From NCBI GenBank assembly GCA_964627715.1, contig CAZVHJ010000002.1, forward strand, positions 14,109-78,108: a DNA stretch of 64,000 nt, written 5' to 3'. The DNA is from an uncultured Spirochaetaceae bacterium (GTDB taxonomy: Bacteria; Spirochaetota; Spirochaetia; SZUA-6; DRHE01). Positions within the stretch are counted from its first letter, which is position 1. Each line of letters starts with the position of its first letter. A program made the translations under genes and the position numbers. This document shows positions 57,648 to 64,000 of the stretch, piece after piece. The notes under the pieces were generated by a model. That model searched no databases. It was not told the origin of the DNA and saw only the letters and a list, made by a program, of their open reading frames with translations.

Positions 57648-58267
57648 CGGTCGGAAGTGATCTTCCGGAAGAACCCCCGGATCTGAAGAAAAGACGCGGT
57701 GTGGTGGGGCTACCGGCCCAACGGGAGCGAACCGTCAAAATCTTAAGCGAGTGCTTTGCCAGGAACGTGCTGGAGATGGAGGAGTTCGAACGGCGAGTAT
57801 CGCTGGCACATCAGGCAAGATCCGTACAGGAATTAGCGCGGCTGATCGACGACATTCCCGGGGAGCTGGCGGAGGCTCCGCGGGAGGCCCAGGAGCCCGC
57901 CGCTAGCCGGCGGATCGTTCTCCGGGAGGACGAGCAGCCCGTGTACGGGATCATGATGAGCCGCAAGTGCCGGGGGCAATGGCTGAAGAGCCGCACCGTG
58001 AGCGCCAGGACCATGATGAGCTCGCTGGAGTTCGACTTTCGCGACCTGGAGCTTCCCTCCGAGATCGTCGAAATCAACATTCTGGCTCTGATGAGCAGTA
58101 TCACCATCACCGTGCCCGAGAGCCTCCCGGTTCAGCTGGAAGTGGTACCGATCTTAGGGGAGGTGAAAGAGGGAAAGCGGGTGAAGACCGGAGCCCCGAG
58201 GGAAGGGCCGGGAGTGCGTGTCACCGGCTTTATCATGATGAGCGATGTGAAAGTGAGAACCCGCTGA
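57644..58267 (+). CDS. DUF1707 (SHOCT-like) domain protein with LiaF-like beta-rich C-terminal half
   Basis: PAQRERTVKILSECFARNVLEMEEFERRVSLAHQARSVQELARLIDDIP matches the DUF1707 consensus; ATGA-type overlap with the upstream gene. Confidence 0.55.
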   Translation: MTVGSDLPEEPPDLKKRRGVVGLPAQRERTVKILSECFARNVLEMEEFERRVSLAHQARSVQELARLIDDIPGELAEAPREAQEPAASRRIVLREDEQPVYGIMMSRKCRGQWLKSRTVSARTMMSSLEFDFRDLELPSEIVEINILALMSSITITVPESLPVQLEVVPILGEVKEGKRVKTGAPREGPGVRVTGFIMMSDVKVRTR

Positions 58268-58995
58268 AAGTAAAAGCTGGTATTTTTGACGTCGTAATTC
58301 TCGTGGGCAGGCCCGCCTCCGGGAAGAGCGAGATCATCGATTATTTGAGCAAACTCGGCCCTGACCAACGCCGCAACCGTTTTCATCTGGGAGAGCTGGA
58401 AGTCGTGGATGATTTTCCCATGCTCTGGGCTTGGTTCGAAGAGGACAGGCTCCTATCGAAAATGGGGAAACCCCCGTTACATACCGGGGAGGACGGCTAT
58501 TTCAAGGAAGATTATTTGTGGGATCTGCTGATACGCCGTCTGTGTCTGGAGTACAGAAAACGCAAAACGGAGGGTCCACGCCTTCACGAGAGAAGCACGG
58601 TGATCATCGAGTTTTCCAGGGGAAGCGAGCATGGGGGCTACCGGCGTGCCTTCGAGCAGATGAGTGTTGATGTACTCAAGGCTGCAGTCGTGCTCTACGT
58701 TCAAGTTACCTTCGAGGAGTCATTGCGAAAAAACCGCAAGCGTTTCAATCCTGAAGCGCCACACAGCATCCTCGAGCACAGCCTGCCCGAGGCGAAGATG
58801 AAACGATTGTACGGGATCGATGATTGGAGCGAGCTGAGCCGCAGCGATTCCCGTTTCCTTCTTCTTAAAGATTTGAAGGTTCCCTACACTGTATTCGAAA
58901 ATGAAGCGGATTTTACCACCACCGGTGGAGAAGAATTAGACCGGCGCCTTGCCGGTTGTTTCGAGGCGTTGTGGCGGATCTACCGCGCAGGATAG
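58264..58995 (+). CDS. P-loop NTPase/kinase-like protein (AAA_33/KTI12-like), start codon uncertain
   Basis: Walker A VVILVGRPASGKSEII; about 240 aa. The in-frame ORF runs back to 57967 overlapping the DUF1707 gene; no ATG/GTG/TTG precedes the P-loop strand after the upstream TGA (58265-58267). A CTG at 58264 (cTGA overlap) or an ATT is the only nearby option. Confidence 0.45.
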   Translation: MKVKAGIFDVVILVGRPASGKSEIIDYLSKLGPDQRRNRFHLGELEVVDDFPMLWAWFEEDRLLSKMGKPPLHTGEDGYFKEDYLWDLLIRRLCLEYRKRKTEGPRLHERSTVIIEFSRGSEHGGYRRAFEQMSVDVLKAAVVLYVQVTFEESLRKNRKRFNPEAPHSILEHSLPEAKMKRLYGIDDWSELSRSDSRFLLLKDLKVPYTVFENEADFTTTGGEELDRRLAGCFEALWRIYRAG

Positions 58996-59152
58996 GCTCC
59001 AAAAAAAAGGCCCCGAAGGAAACCCTTCAGGACCAAAGACCCCATAGTTTGATTACTTTCATTATCGGACGGGAGTTCATCAAATTAAGCACAAAGTTGA
59101 CATTTATTCGCTGGAGTTTACACTACTATTCTAGTAGAGGGAGGAGCCAGTC

Positions 59153-60508
59153 ATGGGGCTGTCCGAGATGCTGCACTACCTTGAGGAGGAAAAAGAGCGG
59201 CTGCTCGCCGGCGCAGCGGATGTGAAAGATCTGTATCGATCTCTCGCTGACTCGATCCGCACCCTGCCCGTTCCCTTCCGGCGCTCCTTTTCCCCGGATA
59301 GCGGCATCGCGGCTGCCCTGGATTCGGAAAGTAAAAAAATCGTCTTTCATAAGCACAACCTACAGAGCAGCGAGGGGGAACTCCAGAACAACACCCGCTG
59401 GCTCACCGAGCTGATCAACAACGTGTACGCGATTCGCAACTCCTTCATGAGCAATGTTCATTTCGTCGAATTGAAAGAGATCGCAGAAATTCGCCGGGTT
59501 CATTCGGATATCCGTCAGTTCCTCGAAGAACTGTATTTGAAGAACAGCGTCTGGATTTTGCAGGATCCCACCTCCGAGGCTTCGGTGCTGGCCCGGCAGA
59601 AGCGCAAGGACATCGAAGAACTGTTGAAAGATCGAATCGATCCCTTCTTCGAGAGATTGGAACAGATCAAGGTCGATGAGTATTCCATCAGGTTGAGGAT
59701 GGAGATACGGGATGACATCGGCAGTCTGCAGAACTACAGAAAAAGCCCGGAGAAATTTGATGGTCTGATCAAGGAGAGCTGCAATCGGGTAGGCATGAGC
59801 TATGATCCGGAACTGAGCAAGGTCGTGCTCCAGGAGCTTGAACAGACCGATGAAAGCTTGGAGAAGAGGCTCCACGGAAAGTACGAAGCTGAGGACAAAC
59901 AGACCATCTCGCCGTCGATACGCCGGAAGTACATGCGGATCTTGCACCGCTACCTTGCTCGGACCAAGGATGTGGCCGCCCTGCTGCCGATTCTGGAGAA
60001 TATCTATTTTCTCTATCAGCCCAAGCCTTCGCTGTTTGCACGGGTACGTGCTTTTTTTGCCAGGATGGCCGGTCGGGAGGAAAAGACTCCACGGAAAGAT
60101 ATCGAATACAGCTATATCATCGGCCGGGAGAGCATCGAGAGGAAAGAGGCATCACTTGAGTCAGTGATCGGTGAGGCGAACCGGTTGGAGAAACACCTGC
60201 TGCGGGTCAGAGACTCTATACGTTCGGCACAGGTCAATAAAAAGATCAAGACAATATCAATTGCCAAGATCCGTGATACCATCGATTCGATCCGCAGTAC
60301 GATGCGCCGTGTCTTTGAAGATAGCTTTGGACTGATTCAGTGGCTGGGAAAGAGGAGCAATCGGGACAAGCTGGCCAGACTGCCGGAGAATATGCAGCGG
60401 GATCTGAATTACCATCTCGATGCTATATACGCGACAATCATCATCAATGCGGAGCGGTTGAAAGAGGTCAGCCGGAAGAACAAGGCACAGCCGGATAGCG
60501 AAATATGA
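59153..60508 (+). CDS. hypothetical all-alpha-helical soluble protein (451 aa), no recognisable domain
   Basis: Own promoter-like TTGACA-16-TACACT and GAGGGAGGAG RBS; charged, coiled-coil-like composition; ATGA overlap with the downstream SDR gene. Confidence 0.6.
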   Translation: MGLSEMLHYLEEEKERLLAGAADVKDLYRSLADSIRTLPVPFRRSFSPDSGIAAALDSESKKIVFHKHNLQSSEGELQNNTRWLTELINNVYAIRNSFMSNVHFVELKEIAEIRRVHSDIRQFLEELYLKNSVWILQDPTSEASVLARQKRKDIEELLKDRIDPFFERLEQIKVDEYSIRLRMEIRDDIGSLQNYRKSPEKFDGLIKESCNRVGMSYDPELSKVVLQELEQTDESLEKRLHGKYEAEDKQTISPSIRRKYMRILHRYLARTKDVAALLPILENIYFLYQPKPSLFARVRAFFARMAGREEKTPRKDIEYSYIIGRESIERKEASLESVIGEANRLEKHLLRVRDSIRSAQVNKKIKTISIAKIRDTIDSIRSTMRRVFEDSFGLIQWLGKRSNRDKLARLPENMQRDLNYHLDAIYATIIINAERLKEVSRKNKAQPDSEI

Positions 60509-61332
60509 AAGACAAGCTGATTCTCATTACCGGGGGAAGCGCCGGGGTGGGAAAGGCCGCCGCCCTCGGTCTGGCCCGGATGGGTGCGCGAATCGTTCTA
60601 CTCAGCAGGGACCGGCAGCGGGCTGAGCAGACACGGCAGGAGCTGCGCGCCTCTACAGGAAACGAAGGAATCACGCTGCTTCAGGCCGATCTTTCGGAGT
60701 GGGCTTCGATTCGCCGCGCCGTGGAACAGTTCAAAGAACGATACGACAGCCTGGATGTACTGATGAACTGCGCCGGTGTGCTGTACCTGCGGCGTACGGT
60801 CAGCGTCGAGGGAGCGGAGATGACCCTGGCTGTGGAGTTCTTAGGGCATTTCTTGCTCACCAATCTCTTGCTCGACGTTCTGAAGCGAAGCGCTCCGGCT
60901 CGCGTTCTTACAGTAACGGGAAACGCAGGGCCCTTGAGATTTGCCCGCATTCACTTTGACGATCTTCAATTGGAGGGCAGCTACAATCCTGTACGGGCCA
61001 AGCTTCAGGCGGAGCTGGCAAAGGCGATGTTTTCGCTGGAGCTGGCTCGAAGATTGGAGGGCTCCGGCGTCACCGCCAACGCGTTCCATCCTGGTCTGAT
61101 TCGCTCCCGGATCATCCGCAATCTGCCCTGGTATCTACGCATTCCGGGAGCCCTGGGTATGGCTTTCCTGCGCAAGGAAACGCCCACGGGTCTGTACCTG
61201 GCCAGCTCTCCGGAGGTGGAAGGGGTAAGCGGGCGCATCTTCGAACGAGTGGGTCGGGAGGAGAAGGTTCCCTTCGATTCCGAGGAAGCCCGCCATCTCT
61301 GGGCAATAGCCGAGTCGCTGACGGGGATGTAA
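60505..61332 (+). CDS. SDR-family NAD(P)-dependent oxidoreductase
   Basis: LITGGSAGVGKAAALGL (TGxxxGxG), NCAGV (NAG), Y-x-K-region SYNPVRAK; 275 aa. Confidence 0.8.
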   Translation: MKDKLILITGGSAGVGKAAALGLARMGARIVLLSRDRQRAEQTRQELRASTGNEGITLLQADLSEWASIRRAVEQFKERYDSLDVLMNCAGVLYLRRTVSVEGAEMTLAVEFLGHFLLTNLLLDVLKRSAPARVLTVTGNAGPLRFARIHFDDLQLEGSYNPVRAKLQAELAKAMFSLELARRLEGSGVTANAFHPGLIRSRIIRNLPWYLRIPGALGMAFLRKETPTGLYLASSPEVEGVSGRIFERVGREEKVPFDSEEARHLWAIAESLTGM

Positions 61333-61345
61333 TCGAAGCCCCAGA

Positions 61346-62137
61346 CTATCCTACCCTTTCAGAGTCTCCAGTCCCGGTAGACGTCCAGATGCCCAGAGAA
61401 ATCAGTTGATCCGTAGTAAGAGCGGCCCAACCCCTATTCGCCAGCGGATTGGCCGGGCTGGGGTGTAGAATCCCGGTAACTTTCATATCTTTCCAGCGGG
61501 CGGCCTCTCGAAGAACCTGCAGGCGCTGTTCGGTGAACTTACCGATTCCGATCAGCCATTCCGGTTCCAGCGCTTCGATCGTAGCCCGCAGGTGATCGTC
61601 ACAACAGCGAAACAGGGCTTCCCTGTCGGCGGATCGGAGCTTGTCCGGAGTGATATTTTTTCCCTCCCGATCGAGGAAGAGGAGAGGACAGTAATTGCCG
61701 ACGAAATGGCAACGGAAAAACATCTCGGCGCTTCCGAAGCGCTGCTTCATCAAGCCCCAGAGGCGCTTGCCGCTGACCTCGCTGCGGGTCACAGAGAATC
61801 CCATCACGGGCCTGCGGGGATGCTCCTCCCTGGGCCTGCGGACCTGCTCTTCGATTCCCATCCATTCCCGAACGGCCAGGATCTCTCCAAAAGGTACGCC
61901 GGTCTGAGCCATGCCCCAAGGTCCGGGATTCATCCCCAACAGCATCACTCGTTTCGGCGTAACGGCGAAGCGTTCGAGATATTTGCGATAGGCTGCCCAG
62001 GCGTAGACCAACGGATTGTAGACATAGGCAACAGGGGCGGTGAAATGCAGATTCTCGATGCAGGCAACGAGCCGCTCTGCAGCCCGGAGCAGGACCTGTG
62101 AAGGATTTTCCAGCTTCCTCGATTGTGTTGAGTCCAT
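61346..62137 (-). CDS. SMUG1-type uracil-DNA glycosylase (UDG family 3)
   Basis: GMNPGPWGMAQTGVPFGE matches the SMUG1 signature GMNPGPFGMAQTGVPFG; C-terminal HPSPANP-like motif (ILHPSPANPLANRG). Confidence 0.7.
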   Translation of the reverse strand: MDSTQSRKLENPSQVLLRAAERLVACIENLHFTAPVAYVYNPLVYAWAAYRKYLERFAVTPKRVMLLGMNPGPWGMAQTGVPFGEILAVREWMGIEEQVRRPREEHPRRPVMGFSVTRSEVSGKRLWGLMKQRFGSAEMFFRCHFVGNYCPLLFLDREGKNITPDKLRSADREALFRCCDDHLRATIEALEPEWLIGIGKFTEQRLQVLREAARWKDMKVTGILHPSPANPLANRGWAALTTDQLISLGIWTSTGTGDSERVG

Positions 62138-62234
62138 CCCCCCATTATTCCCGATTGGCCGGGCTTTGACAAATCACCGCGAGCTTCCTCAAAACCCACT
62201 GGACAGTTCAAGAAAAAAACCGTACAGTGCCCCC

Positions 62235-62885
62235 GTGAACAGCGGCATTACCTACCTTCTCGTTGATCTGGATGAAACCCTGTATCCCGCCTCCAGCGGA
62301 ATGGTGGAGGAAATCTCCCGCCGCATGACCCGCTACGTTTCCCGGTACCTGAAACTCGACGAGGACAGGGCGGCTCGCCTCCGCCGTGATTTGAGTCAAA
62401 AATATGGCACGACCCTGGGCGGCCTGATGACCGAGCATAACTTCACGGACCCCGAAGCCTATCTGGAATTCGCCCATCCCACCGATGTGGACCGGTATCT
62501 GCACAAAGATCCGGAGCTGGCCTCGGCCCTTAGCTCCGTCGCCCTACCGAAATCAATCCTAACCAATGCTCCTCAGGAACATGCCCTGCGCATCCTCGAG
62601 TATCTCGAGATCGCCGACCTGTTCGAGCGGATCTTCGACATTCGTACCAACGATTTCCGGGGTAAGCCTGAAAAGGAGGTCTACCACCGCGTGCTGACCG
62701 AGCTGAACCGAAAAGCTCCAGAGGTCCTGTTTATTGACAACAGGATCGACTACCTGCTTTCCTTCCAAGAGATGGGCGGCAAGATTCTGTGGGTGGCCGG
62801 AGAAGACCCGAAGTTGAGTCCACCTGAGGGAGTGCCCAGGATCGCCCACATCAAGGAACTGCCGGATTTCCTGCGAAATCTCTGA
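62235..62885 (+). CDS. HAD-superfamily hydrolase (pyrimidine 5'-nucleotidase/YjjG-like)
   Basis: YLLVDLDETLY (DxDxT motif I), ILTNAPQEHA (motif II), KPEKEVY (motif III Lys), FIDNRIDYL (motif IV). Probable GTG start at 62235, because the annotated ATG at 62040 would overlap the divergent UDG gene. Confidence 0.65.
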   Translation: MNSGITYLLVDLDETLYPASSGMVEEISRRMTRYVSRYLKLDEDRAARLRRDLSQKYGTTLGGLMTEHNFTDPEAYLEFAHPTDVDRYLHKDPELASALSSVALPKSILTNAPQEHALRILEYLEIADLFERIFDIRTNDFRGKPEKEVYHRVLTELNRKAPEVLFIDNRIDYLLSFQEMGGKILWVAGEDPKLSPPEGVPRIAHIKELPDFLRNL

Positions 62886-62892
62886 TCCATCC

Positions 62893-63558
62893 TTATCGTG
62901 TTTCGAAGCTTTTCCAGAAATCCTCGGCCAGATAGAGGTTCTCTCCCTCCCACCGAAGCTTCTGTTCCTGTTTGAGGCGCAGTAGCAGCCGGGAAAAGGT
63001 CTCCGGGATTGTGCCGATAGCCGCGGCGATGTCCTTCTTGCCCATGGCGATGTGATACTCCTGTTTCCGGCCGTACTGCTCCTCGAGAAAGAAGAAGAAG
63101 CGCTCCTCCACATCGCGTCCGGTCAGATAGAGGATGCGGTCGGCCAGATAGCGCTGCTTGCGCATGAGCATGCCGATAAAATCCCGGCGAAAGCTGTCGG
63201 AGATCAGCAGGCATTCGATCTGCTGTTTGGGCAGTCGCAGAAGCAGGCTCTTTTGCAGAGAGACGGCGCTGACCGGATATTCATTCTCCTCAAACAGCAC
63301 CACTTCGCCGAATATCTCCCCGGATTTGACAGTCTTGATCACGATCTCACGTCCGTCTGCGGTGGTTTTATACAGCTGCACACCTCCCTGAGCCAGGATG
63401 TACATGGAGTGACCCTCATCCCCCTCCAGGAAGATGTGCTCGCGCTTTTCCACCCTCTTGGGAATGCAGATCGCCGCCAAAGAGCGAATGCTCCTGTCGG
63501 AGATCCCGCTGAAAAAGTCGGCGTTTTTCAGGAGTTTGTGGGCGTCGAAGAACTGCAT
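62893..63558 (-). CDS. Crp/Fnr-family transcriptional regulator (cNMP-binding domain + C-terminal HTH)
   Basis: cNMP-binding beta-roll (IFLEGDEGHSMYILAQGGVQLYKT...GEIFGEV), C-terminal HTH (DIAAAIGTIPETFSRLL). Confidence 0.75.
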   Translation of the reverse strand: MQFFDAHKLLKNADFFSGISDRSIRSLAAICIPKRVEKREHIFLEGDEGHSMYILAQGGVQLYKTTADGREIVIKTVKSGEIFGEVVLFEENEYPVSAVSLQKSLLLRLPKQQIECLLISDSFRRDFIGMLMRKQRYLADRILYLTGRDVEERFFFFLEEQYGRKQEYHIAMGKKDIAAAIGTIPETFSRLLLRLKQEQKLRWEGENLYLAEDFWKSFETR

Positions 63559-63705
63559 TACCAGCGGTCTACCTCTCTCTTTTAAATTTAAAAGCCTGAG
63601 CTGAATAATCAAGTAAAAAACATTCATTCCCCTTGACCCAAATCAAGGAAGGTTTTCTCGAAACAGGGGACCTTTACTGTATCATCAATTATCGCGGAGG
63701 CAGAA

Positions 63706-64000
63706 ATGAAGCGAAAGATCATTTATATAGACGATGAGCTGTGTAACGGCTGCGGCCAGTGCATCCCCAACTGTCCGGAAGGAGCCCTTCAGATGATCGA
63801 CGGAAAGGCCCGTTTGATCAGCGATCTGTTTTGTGACGGTCTCGGGGCTTGTATCGGCGAGTGTCCCGTGGGGGCCATTATGATCGAGGAACGTGAGGCA
63901 GAGGCCTACGACGAACGAAGGGTTATAGAAAACGTGATTCTCCAGGGAGAGGGAGTCATCCGGGCGCACCTCGCGCATCTGAACGAGCACGGCGGGCAGG
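63706..64000 (+). CDS. 4Fe-4S ferredoxin-domain protein, 5' partial (continues beyond the window)
   Basis: [28 protein letters not shown]...[18 protein letters not shown] (two Cys clusters); GGAGG 5 nt upstream of the ATG; no stop before the window end. Confidence 0.6.
   Translation, partial: MKRKIIYIDDELCNGCGQCIPNCPEGALQMIDGKARLISDLFCDGLGACIGECPVGAIMIEEREAEAYDERRVIENVILQGEGVIRAHLAHLNEHGGQ

Noticed and set aside
57967-58263. N-terminal 99-codon extension of the P-loop protein ORF
   Set aside because: Overlaps the well-supported DUF1707 gene; the translation is Arg/Gly/His-rich low complexity. Kept only as a frameshift possibility in findings.
62040-62234. Annotated ATG start of the HAD hydrolase ORF
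   Set aside because: Would overlap the divergent UDG gene and encodes a Ser/Arg-rich tail. A GTG at 62235 immediately precedes the DxDxT motif.
1-64000. CRISPR arrays, tRNA/rRNA genes, IS elements/transposases, integrases
   Set aside because: No direct-repeat/spacer periodicity, no tRNA-like cloverleaf candidates in intergenic regions, and no transposase/integrase-like ORFs were seen. The window appears to be non-mobile chromosomal DNA, with only the 7244-8155 patch looking like a decayed insertion.

Overview
High-GC (~58-60%) chromosomal segment from a Gram-negative-type bacterium with strong AGGAGG ribosome-binding sites. Signal peptides, a LolA-like protein with FtsX/MacB permeases and relaxed lipoboxes suggest a spirochaete-like or related diderm lineage. 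No rRNA, tRNA, CRISPR array or intact mobile element was found. In order, the window contains: (i) a fused HgcA-like corrinoid / HgcB-like ferredoxin membrane protein with a divergent cap-helix motif; (ii) a lipoprotein M16 peptidase, Hsp20 with a sigma54-type promoter and a perfect 14-bp palindrome upstream, a LOG-family gene and an IPMDH-family gene; (iii) a truncated COG1373/DUF4143 ATPase remnant next to a solitary two-domain DNA methyltransferase (Dam-like domain plus a permuted beta-class domain) with no endonuclease nearby; (iv) a housekeeping block of phosphomannomutase, PAS hybrid histidine kinase, rhomboid, prfA-prmC and relA/spoT; (v) an operon of two giant secreted proteins built from tandem Ig-like repeats (1762 and 1553 aa, one ending in a beta-propeller, the other in a beta-barrel-like anchor) followed by a penicillin-acylase-family Ntn hydrolase; (vi) a YtrA-type GntR regulator with a palindromic operator controlling an SPFH/stomatin - MacB-like ABC (ATPase + 2 FtsX permeases) - LolA-like - putative outer-membrane barrel export module; (vii) three ABC importer loci (one PotBC-like, two sugar-type, one under a ROK regulator), none with an ATPase gene; (viii) an amino-sugar cluster (GHMP kinase lacking a canonical start codon, DegT aminotransferase, NAD epimerase, NagA-like); (ix) a DUF1707 protein, a P-loop kinase-like gene lacking a canonical start, a 451-aa all-helical protein with no recognisable domain coupled to an SDR, a SMUG1-type uracil glycosylase divergent from a HAD nucleotidase-like gene, a Crp/Fnr regulator and a partial ferredoxin. 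The strongest candidates for something undescribed are the HgcAB-like fusion, the giant Ig-repeat surface-protein operon, the orphan twin methyltransferase beside a decayed ATPase, and the small cluster DUF1707 / P-loop / helical protein / SDR. All calls are from reading the sequence; no database searches were run.
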